The position numbers and the translations under genes are program-made. A DNA stretch of 64,000 nucleotides from an uncultured Bacillota bacterium (lineage in GTDB: Bacteria > Sysuimicrobiota > Sysuimicrobiia > Sysuimicrobiales > Segetimicrobiaceae). This document shows positions 1-8,964 of the stretch, piece by piece. Position 1 is the first letter of the stretch. Every line of letters begins with the position of its first letter. The stretch covers positions 128,001 to 192,000 of the forward strand of contig CAWDRG010000009.1 of the NCBI GenBank assembly GCA_963804645.1, written 5' to 3'. A model generated the notes under the pieces. It made no database searches. It was not told the origin of the DNA and was given only the letters and a program-made list of their open reading frames with translations.

Positions 1-318
1 GTAGGTCGCGCTATCCGACTGATGCCCCTCCGCCAGCCGGGCGAGACACCACTGATAGAGCGTGAGCAGACGCCCCGCGAGCACGGGGTCCGGGCCGGGA
101 TCGATCGCGCTGATCAACAAGAGCAGCACCTGCGTGACCCTCCGCTCCGCTTTGCGCACGGTGTCGAGATCGGCGGCCGCCACGGCGGCGGCCGCCCGGT
201 CGCACTCGTGCAGCGCGGTATCGTAGGCCAGCAAGAGCACGTCCGTGTTCGACGCGGTGAGAACGTTCGCGGCCTGGTATGCGCGAGCCGCTTCGACCCG
301 GCTGTCAACTGTCGCCAT
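1..318 (-). CDS. fliS: Flagellin chaperone FliS (runs off window edge)
   Basis: Not in ORF track. Manual translation from ATG at 318: MATVDSRVEAARAYQAANVLTAS...LLLAYD...LAGRLLTLYQWCLARL, matching FliS motifs; directly after fliD. Confidence 0.85.
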   Translation of the reverse strand, partial: MATVDSRVEAARAYQAANVLTASNTDVLLLAYDTALHECDRAAAAVAAADLDTVRKAERRVTQVLLLLISAIDPGPDPVLAGRLLTLYQWCLARLAEGHQSDSATY

Positions 319-324
319 CGCCGG

Positions 325-1782
325 CTAGCCTCCCGTCGAGCCCGAGCTCGACCCGCTGTGGCTGTTCGCGGCAGACGCCGCGCTGCTCGAGCCCGAACCG
401 CTCGTCCCGCCGCCGTTCAGCAGGGCCGTCTCGCCCGCGAGCAGGGTCAGCAAGCCCTGGTTCTGGCTCACGGTCTGCTCCATCGCGGTGAACAGCTGCT
501 GCTCGATCAGCGCCTCCTGCTGCAACTGCGCCTGCATCGTGTTGATCGTGGTGGTCAGATTCTGGATCTGGCTCTGGTTGGCGGTGATCTGCTCGGGAAC
601 CGCGCCGGTGTTCGTCTGATCCAGACTCGACAGCGCGGTGCCGGTCGCCTTCGCCACGCCTTGGATCAGCGTCTGCACGCCCTGGGGATTCTGCTGCAGC
701 GCCGACTGCAGGACCGAGTTGTTCACCGCAAGCGTGCCGTTGCTGGTCATGCTGATGCCGATCATGGCGAGGCTGTTGACCGCCGCCGGGGCCCCGGCGA
801 CCGGGCTCATCACGGTCTGGGCGAGCGTGCCGCCGACGAGATTCAACAGCGGGTTGCCGAACAGCGGGCCGCCCGGCGTCTGGGTAGTGGTGTCGTAGGT
901 GTTCTGCGTGTTGATGTCTTTCGCGAGCTGGTTGTAGGCGTCGACGAAGTTCTGGACGCTCGTGGTCTCGCTGCCCGTGTTGGGCGACACGGTCACTGTG
1001 CTCGTGCCCGGCGAGAGGAGCGACAGCGAGAGCCCCGGCAGGAGCGAGGTCACCGTATTCGAGGCGGACGTGACGTTGAGCGCGCCGGCCCCGCTGCCGA
1101 GCGTCAACTGCGCGTCCTGCGCGGCCTGCACGGTATCGAAGGGGCCGAGCGCGGTCCCGCCTCCGGACAGATTGTCGGTCACCGTAAACCCGTTCGTGGT
1201 ACCGGTCTGGTTCCCCGTCAGCAGGAGCTGATACGTCCCGATCCCGGTCTCGGCGACCTGGGCCGTCACGCCGATGCCGGCTCCGTTGATCGCCGCGGCG
1301 ATCCCGTTGAGGCTGTTCTGACCCGAGCCGATCGTGATCGACGTCGGCGAGCCGGTGCCCACCTGAATCGAGAGGGTGCCGGTTCCGAAGTCGAGCGCGG
1401 TCGGATCGCTGACGCTACCGGTGCTGACCGACTCCTGGCCCTGGGCGAGGCTCGAGACGGTCAGCTGATAGCTGCCGGCCGGAGCGCCGGACGACGCCGT
1501 CGCGGTCAGGGCGCCCGAGTTGCTCGACTGCACCCCCATGGCCTGGAACGTGAGGGGATCCTGCAGGGTCGTCACCTGGCTGCCGATCCCCTGCAGGTCG
1601 GTCAGGATCGTCTGCCACGCCGTGTTGGCGTCGGTGTAGGTGCCGACCTGGGACTGATACTCGTTGATCACGGCGGTCTGCGGCGCCTGCTCCGCCTGGA
1701 TGATCGACGTCGAGTTGATCCCGCTCGCGATGCCCGTGAACGAGACCGGAGCGCTGCTGCTGGAGCCGATGCTCAGCGACAT
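325..1782 (-). CDS. fliD: Flagellar filament cap protein FliD
   Basis: N-terminal FTGIASGINSTSII, YQLTVSSLAQ, QAAQDAQL, FVDAYNQL, C-terminal QQLFTAME; start moved to ATG at 1782. Confidence 0.93.
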   Translation of the reverse strand: MSLSIGSSSSAPVSFTGIASGINSTSIIQAEQAPQTAVINEYQSQVGTYTDANTAWQTILTDLQGIGSQVTTLQDPLTFQAMGVQSSNSGALTATASSGAPAGSYQLTVSSLAQGQESVSTGSVSDPTALDFGTGTLSIQVGTGSPTSITIGSGQNSLNGIAAAINGAGIGVTAQVAETGIGTYQLLLTGNQTGTTNGFTVTDNLSGGGTALGPFDTVQAAQDAQLTLGSGAGALNVTSASNTVTSLLPGLSLSLLSPGTSTVTVSPNTGSETTSVQNFVDAYNQLAKDINTQNTYDTTTQTPGGPLFGNPLLNLVGGTLAQTVMSPVAGAPAAVNSLAMIGISMTSNGTLAVNNSVLQSALQQNPQGVQTLIQGVAKATGTALSSLDQTNTGAVPEQITANQSQIQNLTTTINTMQAQLQQEALIEQQLFTAMEQTVSQNQGLLTLLAGETALLNGGGTSGSGSSSAASAANSHSGSSSGSTGG

Positions 1783-1801
1783 GGTATCGAGTCCCTCCCG
1801 A

Positions 1802-1837
1802 GGGGGTGGGCGGGGGCGTGTAACCCCCACCCACCCC
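1802..1837 (-). terminator. GC-rich hairpin between fliC and fliD (partial terminator or mRNA stabiliser)
   Basis: ggggtggg-cggggg ... ccccc-a-cccacccc inverted repeat just after the fliC stop; no U-tract. Confidence 0.5.
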
Positions 1838-1854
1838 GCGGTACCTGCCCGGCC

Positions 1855-3288
1855 TTAGCCGGTGATGATGTGGAGCAGCAGCGTCGGTTCGGCGTTCGCC
1901 TGCTGGAGCATGGCCACGCCAGCCTGGAACTGCACCTGCGCCTGCGTAAACTGCATCATCTCTTGCGGAATGTTCGCGTCCGCGATGACGCCGTTCGCGC
2001 TCTGCAGGTTCTGGGACGTGACCTGCAGGTTGCTGATCGTCGCCTGGACGCGGTTCTGCACGGCGCCGATCAGGGCTTCCTGGTTCGTGACGCTGGTCAG
2101 CGCGTTGTCGAGCGACGTGATCGAAGTCTGTGCGTTGCCAGCATCGAGCACGTTCGGTCCGCCGGCCTGAAGCGAGAAGTTGCCGATCGCGGTACCGGAC
2201 GCCATGGTCACGCCGTCAGACCCGGCCTGAAGCACCAGGTCGTTAATGCTCGCGGTCGTCGCGTCGACAAACGTGATCGCACCGTTCGCCGAGGCGCTCG
2301 GGTTCGTCGCGGTCGCGACCACGGTCGCGCCGTTCATGACGTTCAGGGCCACGGTGACGGTCAGGGTGCCGAGGGTCGACGTGCCCGAGGCGGGCGCGTT
2401 CGGAACCGCGACCTTGGCGCTGAGCTGAAGATCCTGCTGGCTCGTGTTGGTCAGGTCGTTGAAGCTGATGACCGTGTTGATCACGTCGCCAGCCACCTGG
2501 ACCGTCGACTTCGCGACGGTGACGCCCGTCACGGAGTTCACGACGTACGCGAAGCTGTCGGAGTTCAGGACGACCGTATAGGCACCGCCGGCCAGGGCGC
2601 TGCCCGCGGCGATCGTCGGCGTCTGGATGTCGGCGCCGGCCGCGGCGGACGTCGTCGCGGCAAACGTGAGCGAGTATGTCTGTCCGGCCACCAGCGCGGA
2701 GCCGGTGGGGGCGTTGCCGCCGACGAAGTCGGTCGCCGCGCAGGAACCGCTGGCGATCGAGGCCTGCTGGGTCTGCAGTCCGAGCGAGTTCGCGTCCATC
2801 GCGCCGATCGAGAAGCCGATCGTCTGGTTCGCGTTCGCGCCGACCTGCAGGTTGACGTTCTGGAGCGTGCCGTCGAGCAGGTTCTTGCTGTTGAACTGCG
2901 TCTGCTGCGCGATGCTGGTCAGCTGGTTCGCGAGCTGGTTCACTTCATCCTGGATCGTGGACCGGTCCGTCGGAGTCAAGGTGCCGTTCGCGGCCTGGAC
3001 GGCCAGGGTGCGCATCTGTTGCACGATCGACTGGCTCTGGCTCAGCGCGCCGTCGGCCGTCTGCAGGAGCGAAATGCCGGTCTGCGCGTTCGCCACGGCC
3101 TGGTTCAACCCTGAGACCTGGTTCTGCATCTTGGCACTGATCGCCAAGCCGGCTGGGTTGTCTGCTGCGCTGTTGATCTGCAGGCCCGAGGACAGGCGCT
3201 GCATCGCGGTGCTCATCGACATCTGGGCGTTGCCCAGATAGTACAGGTCCTGGACTGCCCCTGCGTTGGAGTTGATGCTCAGGCTCAT
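1855..3288 (-). CDS. fliC: Flagellin
   Basis: QRLSSGLQINSAADNPAGLAIS, LLQTADGAL, TQFNSKNLLDG, C-terminal IGAVQNR...IADAN...AMLQQAN. Confidence 0.97.
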   Translation of the reverse strand: MSLSINSNAGAVQDLYYLGNAQMSMSTAMQRLSSGLQINSAADNPAGLAISAKMQNQVSGLNQAVANAQTGISLLQTADGALSQSQSIVQQMRTLAVQAANGTLTPTDRSTIQDEVNQLANQLTSIAQQTQFNSKNLLDGTLQNVNLQVGANANQTIGFSIGAMDANSLGLQTQQASIASGSCAATDFVGGNAPTGSALVAGQTYSLTFAATTSAAAGADIQTPTIAAGSALAGGAYTVVLNSDSFAYVVNSVTGVTVAKSTVQVAGDVINTVISFNDLTNTSQQDLQLSAKVAVPNAPASGTSTLGTLTVTVALNVMNGATVVATATNPSASANGAITFVDATTASINDLVLQAGSDGVTMASGTAIGNFSLQAGGPNVLDAGNAQTSITSLDNALTSVTNQEALIGAVQNRVQATISNLQVTSQNLQSANGVIADANIPQEMMQFTQAQVQFQAGVAMLQQANAEPTLLLHIITG

Positions 3289-3374
3289 GAGAGGTCTCCT
3301 TCAATCAAATTGCCCGGGTGAACCGTGTCGTTGCGAAGAGTTCGTTGGCAGCCCCACCCCCTGTTGAATACAAG

Positions 3375-3400
3375 TCTCGACATCGGCGTATTCTCCTTAT
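3375..3400 (-). promoter_or_regulatory. Candidate sigma28-type promoter for fliC
   Basis: Minus strand reads TAAG-GAGAATAC-GCCGAT-GTCGAGAC; GCCGAT/GTCGA resembles the sigma28 -10 box but spacing is non-canonical. Confidence 0.35.
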
Positions 3401-4590
3401 CCGAGCGACGCGGCAGTCTTCGCGTCTTGGAGCGCGGTCTGCGCGGCCGCAATCGCCGCGTTGTAGGCCGTGGTCGCGGTCTGGAACTCAGCGTAAATCT
3501 CGGCCTGCTGGCTGGCCCCCGAGATCTGGCTCACCTCCGCCTGGATGGCCGAGTCTTGGCTTTGGAGCCGGGTGTTCGTGCTTTGCGCGACCGCCTGCTG
3601 GCTGCCCATGTACGCGTCGATGCTGCTGACGGTGGTCTGGGCCGTTTGAAGCTCGGTCAGGCGGTTGGCCAAGTCCGCGACGTTGTTCGTCTGGAGATCG
3701 GTCAGCGCGCCCTGCAGGGCGTCGAACAGATTGTTGGGTTTGGTCTCGTTGACGATCCCGCCCATCGCATTGACGATCCCGAGCGACTGCAGCACGCCGG
3801 CGCCGCCGTCTACCAGGACGAGCGGATTCGTCGACACACTGCTGATCTGAAGCTCCTGCTGCCCCCCGGCCACCGGCACAGTAGTCGCGGAGACGCCGGC
3901 GTTGGCCCCGTTGATCGCCGTGGCGATCTGCGCCAGCGTCATGCCCGCGGTGACGGTCACGGTCTGACCGTCGACTGTGAAGGTGCCGTTCAGCCCCAGG
4001 ACCCCCGCCGACTGGGGACTGCCGGTCGCCATGTCGGTCTGGGCTAGGAAGATCGCCGTTCCGGGCTCTCCAACGGTGATCTCGGTCCCGGGGCTCAGCG
4101 ACACCGTCGAGGTGTTCTGATTCCCGTTGTAGGTGATGGACGTCGCGGTCTGCGTAAACGGGGTGGCGGATGACGTGCCGTTGAACAGGTAGCGGCCCAC
4201 GCCGCTCTCGGTGTTGGACAGCGAGACCATGTTCCCGAGGATCCCCTGCAGCTGGCTGGCGAGCGCGGTCAGGTCGCTCGCGGTCAGCGTGCCGTTCTGG
4301 GCCTCCACGAGCAGCGTCTGCGCCTGTCCGAGGCCCTGCGTGACGGTCTGCAGCACGGTGTCGGTCTGCGAGAGCGTGGCGGTCTGCACCGCGGCCGTCT
4401 GCTGCCCCTGCTGGTTGAGGCCGATCTGCTCCTGGTCCTGCAGCATCAGCGCCATCGCCGCGGGATTGTCGGACGGCTGCTGGACGAGACTCCCGCTCGC
4501 CGCGTCAACGCTCAATTGCGAGAGGTTGCTCTGATCGTTGTTGAGGATGTTCGAGAGCGCGAGGCTCAGGCCGTAGTTGGTGACTCGCAT
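3397..4590 (-). CDS. flgL: Hook-filament junction protein FlgL
   Basis: MRVTN start, QQPSDNP, GRYLFNGT...TPF, YNGN, C-terminal AYNAA; follows flgK. Confidence 0.93.
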   Translation of the reverse strand: MRVTNYGLSLALSNILNNDQSNLSQLSVDAASGSLVQQPSDNPAAMALMLQDQEQIGLNQQGQQTAAVQTATLSQTDTVLQTVTQGLGQAQTLLVEAQNGTLTASDLTALASQLQGILGNMVSLSNTESGVGRYLFNGTSSATPFTQTATSITYNGNQNTSTVSLSPGTEITVGEPGTAIFLAQTDMATGSPQSAGVLGLNGTFTVDGQTVTVTAGMTLAQIATAINGANAGVSATTVPVAGGQQELQISSVSTNPLVLVDGGAGVLQSLGIVNAMGGIVNETKPNNLFDALQGALTDLQTNNVADLANRLTELQTAQTTVSSIDAYMGSQQAVAQSTNTRLQSQDSAIQAEVSQISGASQQAEIYAEFQTATTAYNAAIAAAQTALQDAKTAASLG

Positions 4591-4600
4591 CGGTCCGCTC

Positions 4601-5953
4601 CTACACGCCCACGGCCGTCAGCAGGCCGTTCAGCATCGCCTGGACCGCCTGCAGGACCGCCGAGGCGGCTTGGGACTGCGATTCATCGAGCAGCAGGGCG
4701 GTCTGCTCGTCGGACGTCGACACGCCGGAGACGGACTGATCGAGCTGCTCGAACGACGTCACCTGGTTGTTGGCGGTCGTCTGGCCCTGGTTGGCGGTCG
4801 CCAGCATCGTGCCGACCTGCACGACGAGCGCGTTGTACTGCTGCGTCAGCGTGCTGCCGCTCATCCCGGCCGCGGTGGCCAGGTTCGCAATGAGCTGCGC
4901 GTTGGCGCCGTCGTTCGGCGAGCCCGACGCGGACGCGGCGATCTCGTTGGTGTTGGCGGCGATCGCGGGATTGATCGCGATGTCGCCGGCTCCCGTGCCC
5001 TGGAAGAACGCGACCCCCGTCACCGGAGGCGTGTCCAGCGTGTACCCGGCCTGGCTCTGCGTGTTGACGGCCTGAATCAATCCGGCCGCCACCGCGTTCA
5101 ACTGCCCCTGCACGGTCGGAATCTGGCTGGTCACCGCTTGGATCTCGGCCCCGAGCTGGCCGCCCGTGAGGTTCACCGCCTGGCCGTTGGCCGCCCACGT
5201 GACGCTCACGCTCGTCGGCGTCGTCGCGGCCTGGAGCGCGTAGACAGTCTGGCCGACCACGAGCGGCTGTCCGTTGACCACGACGGTCGGCTGCCCGGTC
5301 GGGAGCGCCGTTGGCGCCGCGCCCACCAGCGCGGCGAGCTGGCTGACCAGCTGATCGCGCTGATCCTGCAGCGAGTTCACGTTCTGCCCGCCGGCGATGC
5401 CGCTTGTGATCTGGCCGTTCAGGCTCGCCACCTGTTGGGCAAGGGAGTTGACTTGGTCGATCTGCTGGCCGATGGCCGGGACCAAGGACTGCTGGAGGGC
5501 GGTCAGGCCGTCGGCCACGGTGTTGAACTGCGTCGTGAGCTGCGTGGTCGCGCTGACGAGCGCATCGCGGGCCCCCGGGTCCGACGGCGAGTTCGCGACC
5601 TGCTGCCAGGCGTTCCAAAACCCGGTCAACTGGGTACTGAGCCCGTTGCTCGGCTCTCCGAACAGCGCCTGGACCTGGGACAGGATCTGGCTGGACTCGG
5701 ACGCTCCGCTCTGCTGGCCCTGCGCGCTCAGTAACGAGGAGCGGATGGTCGGAGTCACCAACCGCTCGATATTGTTAATCGCGACGCCCGAGTCATTGGG
5801 GGACGTGGTGAGGTCCACCTGCTCTCGCGCGTACAGGGGCGTCGCGGCGTTCGCGATATTCTGGGTGCTGACCGCGGCCTCGGCCGACGCGGCGTCGAGC
5901 GCGGTCCGCGCGGCGCTCAGGGCGCCGGTAAGCGTGAGGGGGAGGGTAGACAT
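4601..5953 (-). CDS. flgK: Hook-associated protein FlgK
   Basis: NIANAATPLYARE, FWNAWQQVANSP, LQDQRDQLVSQLA, SVSGVSTSDEQ. Confidence 0.95.
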   Translation of the reverse strand: MSTLPLTLTGALSAARTALDAASAEAAVSTQNIANAATPLYAREQVDLTTSPNDSGVAINNIERLVTPTIRSSLLSAQGQQSGASESSQILSQVQALFGEPSNGLSTQLTGFWNAWQQVANSPSDPGARDALVSATTQLTTQFNTVADGLTALQQSLVPAIGQQIDQVNSLAQQVASLNGQITSGIAGGQNVNSLQDQRDQLVSQLAALVGAAPTALPTGQPTVVVNGQPLVVGQTVYALQAATTPTSVSVTWAANGQAVNLTGGQLGAEIQAVTSQIPTVQGQLNAVAAGLIQAVNTQSQAGYTLDTPPVTGVAFFQGTGAGDIAINPAIAANTNEIAASASGSPNDGANAQLIANLATAAGMSGSTLTQQYNALVVQVGTMLATANQGQTTANNQVTSFEQLDQSVSGVSTSDEQTALLLDESQSQAASAVLQAVQAMLNGLLTAVGV

Positions 5954-5958
5954 CGGCG

Positions 5959-6294
5959 TCAGACGACCCGGTTGACCAGCAGTCCGCCGGCGGGGCCCGA
6001 ATCACCGAGGTACTGGACCAGCCGCTCGCGCGCCGCCTTCAGCGCTCGCAGCAGGGCGAGATTCGTGCTGATGACGGCGAGGGTCTCTTGGATCACGCTG
6101 CGCGCCTTGGTGTCGGTGACGCCGGCGCTCCGCAGCGAGGTCACCAGCTCGGCGAGCTGCTGGGTCGTGGTCTCGACGCTCTCGCGCTCGAGCCGCACGA
6201 TCCCGGCCTGCTGCTGCTGGGCGAGCATCGCGATTCTGAGGATCATGCCTTCGAGGTCGGCGGGTGCGCTCTCGCGCTCGATGGTCGCGCTCAT
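5959..6294 (-). CDS. flgN: FlgN-like export chaperone
   Basis: 111 aa helical protein between flgM and flgK; N-x-x-LL and C-terminal LLVNRVV pattern; called mostly by position. Confidence 0.6.
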   Translation of the reverse strand: MSATIERESAPADLEGMILRIAMLAQQQQAGIVRLERESVETTTQQLAELVTSLRSAGVTDTKARSVIQETLAVISTNLALLRALKAARERLVQYLGDSGPAGGLLVNRVV

Positions 6295-6599
6295 GACTGC
6301 CCACCCGTGAACGCGGCGATGATCGCCGCGGCGATCGCCTTCGGGTCGGGCTGGTACTGGCCCGACCCGACCGCGGCCGAGAGCTCCGCGATCTTGTCCG
6401 GGGATGCCGCCTGCGGTGCGACACCGCCGTGCCCGTGGATGCCCTGGACATCAACGGTAACCGCGGCCGGCGGGACGGTCTCCCCACCTGCGGTCGGCGG
6501 AACGGCCTGCGCCGCGGCCTGGTCGGCCGGCGTCGTGATCGGGGCTGTCAGTCCAGGAACGCCGCCTGGTTGAAGCGGGCTGATCCGGTCCATAACCAC
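6291..6599 (-). CDS. flgM: Anti-sigma28 factor FlgM
   Basis: C-terminal DKIAELSAAVGSGQYQPDPKAIAAAII; GGAGAGG RBS upstream. Confidence 0.9.
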   Translation of the reverse strand: MVMDRISPLQPGGVPGLTAPITTPADQAAAQAVPPTAGGETVPPAAVTVDVQGIHGHGGVAPQAASPDKIAELSAAVGSGQYQPDPKAIAAAIIAAFTGGQS

Positions 6600-6696
6600 C
6601 TCTCCTGTCTGCGCCGCCGGCCGGTGCTGTGGGACCGTGCCGGTACTGTTGTCCTCTGTTTCTGAAGACGGCGGCGGCCGGAGGTTGTCTCACGGA

Positions 6697-6723
6697 AAAT
6701 CGACTCACAGTGAAAGATTTTGG
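6697..6723 (-). promoter_or_regulatory. Candidate sigma28-type promoter for flgM-flgN-flgK-flgL
   Basis: Minus strand CAAA-N14-GTCGATTT in an AT-richer patch, downstream of a terminator and upstream of flgM. Confidence 0.4.
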
Positions 6724-6771
6724 GCCCTGGGCCAGGACAGCCGGCCGGCATCCCTGGGAGTCCAAACCAGG

Positions 6772-6811
6772 CAAAAGGCGAGAGGGAGCGGGCATGACCC
6801 CCGCTCCCTCT
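6772..6811 (-). terminator. Intrinsic terminator ending the flgB-flgJ transcript
   Basis: gagggagcggg...cccgctccctc hairpin followed on the minus strand by CGCCTTTT, just after the flgJ stop. Confidence 0.7.
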
Positions 6812-6836
6812 TACAACACAGCCCGCCTGGGCCGAT

Positions 6837-7163
6837 TTATGGGGTGTGTGGACCCGAAAGTTTGTTCGGGTTCGAGCCCTGCCCGTGATGCGTGAGCGAG
6901 TCCAGCACCATCTTGGCGAGACCGTTGTCCCCCCGCGATACCGCGTCCGCGAACCCCTGCTCCACGAGCCCTCCATAAATGTCCGCGCCGCCGGACGAGT
7001 CTCCCATCAGCGTGTCCGTCGGAAGGGCGGTATGGAGCACTTCCTGCCACAGCATGGAGGCAAAGTCCTCACTCGCCTTCACGAGCTTCGCGTCCGGTGC
7101 TGCGGGGGCCGAGGCCGCTGCGGGGACGGCGGGCCCCAAGCCGGCCGGCTCGACGGCGGCCAT
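6837..7163 (-). CDS. flgJ: Rod-cap FlgJ, rod-binding domain only (no muramidase domain)
   Basis: KLVKASEDFASML...GGADIYGGLVEQGFADAVS...GLAKMV; follows flgI. Confidence 0.85.
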   Translation of the reverse strand: MAAVEPAGLGPAVPAAASAPAAPDAKLVKASEDFASMLWQEVLHTALPTDTLMGDSSGGADIYGGLVEQGFADAVSRGDNGLAKMVLDSLTHHGQGSNPNKLSGPHTP

Positions 7164-8287
7164 CAGATCACCTCCACGTCGGCCTGCAGGGCGCCGGCCC
7201 GCTGCAGCGACTCGATGATCGTGATGAGGTCGCGAGGCGGCACCCCCAGCGAGTTGAGCGCGGCGACAAGGTCGCTCAGCGTCGCCGCCCCGCCCACCAG
7301 CAGCATGGGTTTATTGCCCTGCTGCACCGAGATCTGCGCGTTCGGCACCGTCTGGGTCGTCCCGTTGCTGAAGGGCCCGGGCTGGCTGACCTGCGTCGTG
7401 TTCGTAATGATGACCTTGATCGAGCCGTTGGCGATCGCCGCGGGCATGAGATGGACGTCCCCCCCGGCCACGATCGTGCCGGTGCGCTCGTTGATGACGA
7501 CCTTGGCCGACACGTGCGGGGCGACGCGCAGTCCCAGCACCTGGCCGATCCACGCGTCGGGGGCCTCGGCCTGTGCCATCGGGGGCGTCACGATGATCGT
7601 CGTCGCGTCCTGGGCGACGGCCTGGCCGAGCCCCATTTGATTGATCGTCTGGGCGATGACGGCCGCGGTCTGGTAATCCGGGTTTCTCAGCGCGAACCGG
7701 ACGTCGCCGTGCTCGTCAACCGCGAGCGCGTCGTCAATCGGCGCGACCACGAGCCCGCCGGACGGCATCATGCCCACGGTCGGATGGTTGACCTGCACGC
7801 TCGACCCGGACTGCTGCGCGTTGAAGCCGCCGATGCTGAGCGCCCCCTGCGCCATCGCGTGCACCTGCCCGTCGAGACCCTGCAGCGGCGTTTGGAGCAG
7901 CACCCCGCCCTGCAGCGACGTGGCGTTGCCCATCGAGCTCACGGTCACCGCGAACCGCTGGCCGTCGGGCGCGAATGCCGGCAGCGACGACGTCACGACG
8001 ACCGCCGCCACGTTGCCGATGTTCATCTGTGACCCGCCCGGCACGTGGATGCCGAACCGCGCGAGCATGTTGGTCACCGTCTGCACGGTGTACGTTGCCT
8101 GGCTGCTGTCGCCCGTCCCGGCCAGACCGACCACGAGCCCGTAGCCCGCCAGGGGATGATCGTGCACGCCCGAGACCGTCGCCAGGCTGCCGACCTCCAC
8201 CCCGCTCTGGACCTGCGCCCATCCCGCGCCGGCGCCGAGCACCGCGACGAGCAGTCCCACTGCGCACCCTACCAGATGACGCCGCAT
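7163..8287 (-). CDS. flgI: Flagellar P-ring protein FlgI
   Basis: Signal peptide; GYGLVVGLAGTGD, NVAAVVVT, ATSLQGGVLLQTPL, AKVVINERTGTIV, AGALQA. Confidence 0.97.
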   Translation of the reverse strand: MRRHLVGCAVGLLVAVLGAGAGWAQVQSGVEVGSLATVSGVHDHPLAGYGLVVGLAGTGDSSQATYTVQTVTNMLARFGIHVPGGSQMNIGNVAAVVVTSSLPAFAPDGQRFAVTVSSMGNATSLQGGVLLQTPLQGLDGQVHAMAQGALSIGGFNAQQSGSSVQVNHPTVGMMPSGGLVVAPIDDALAVDEHGDVRFALRNPDYQTAAVIAQTINQMGLGQAVAQDATTIIVTPPMAQAEAPDAWIGQVLGLRVAPHVSAKVVINERTGTIVAGGDVHLMPAAIANGSIKVIITNTTQVSQPGPFSNGTTQTVPNAQISVQQGNKPMLLVGGAATLSDLVAALNSLGVPPRDLITIIESLQRAGALQADVEVI

Positions 8288-8363
8288 GATCGATCCTCCT
8301 CGTCCCATTTCACGTGCTCCGCCCGAGCGCGCCGCGGCCTGCGCCGAAGCGCGGCGGGATCGC

Positions 8364-8942
8364 TCACAGCGCCGGGATCAGCTTCAAGATGATGCCGACG
8401 CCGAACGCGATCGCCAGCGCATCCCAGATGGTGAATCGCTGGACGGTCGTGAGGTGGCCGGTCATCGTCGCCACCACGTCCGCCAGCCGCGAGCCCTGGA
8501 CCGAATCGTCGGACCCGAGGTCCTGCGCGCGCAGCACCCCGGTAATCGTGATCGTCTGCAGGTTCCCGTCGAGCCTGAACTGGCGCGAGCCCTGCACCGT
8601 CATCAGTCCGCCGGGCGCGATGCCCGTGACGCGCATCGCGAAGTCGCCCGTCAGGGCGTTCTGCCAGGTCGTCGCCGAGCCCTGAGTGGTCTGCAGCCCC
8701 TGCGACACAAAGATGCTGACCAACGGCGAGTTCGTCGTCGTGGTCGACGTCCCGTTCACCGTCGCCTGAACCGACGACGAGGTCAGGTGCACCAGCACGA
8801 TGTCGCCGACCGCGCTGGCGATGGGGTCGACAAACAAACTCCCCGCCGGCGGCGCGTCGGGATTCGCGCCCCAGGCGGGCGCCCCGCCGAGCAGCACGCA
8901 CAGCACGAGTGCGATCCACCCATATCCCCGCAACATCCTCAT
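8364..8942 (-). CDS. flgH: Flagellar L-ring protein FlgH (atypical, no lipobox)
   Basis: SLFVD...VGDIVLV, RVTGIAPGGLMTVQG, ITGVLRAQDL...SRLAD; between flgA and flgI. Confidence 0.85.
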   Translation of the reverse strand: MRMLRGYGWIALVLCVLLGGAPAWGANPDAPPAGSLFVDPIASAVGDIVLVHLTSSSVQATVNGTSTTTTNSPLVSIFVSQGLQTTQGSATTWQNALTGDFAMRVTGIAPGGLMTVQGSRQFRLDGNLQTITITGVLRAQDLGSDDSVQGSRLADVVATMTGHLTTVQRFTIWDALAIAFGVGIILKLIPAL

Positions 8943-8964
8943 CCCTCCGATCGCTCCCGCCGCC

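Noticed and set aside
22..3114. 1030-aa plus-strand ORF and many similar long Arg/Gly-rich ORFs
   Set aside because: Antisense or off-frame shadows of real genes, expected at high GC; no motifs.
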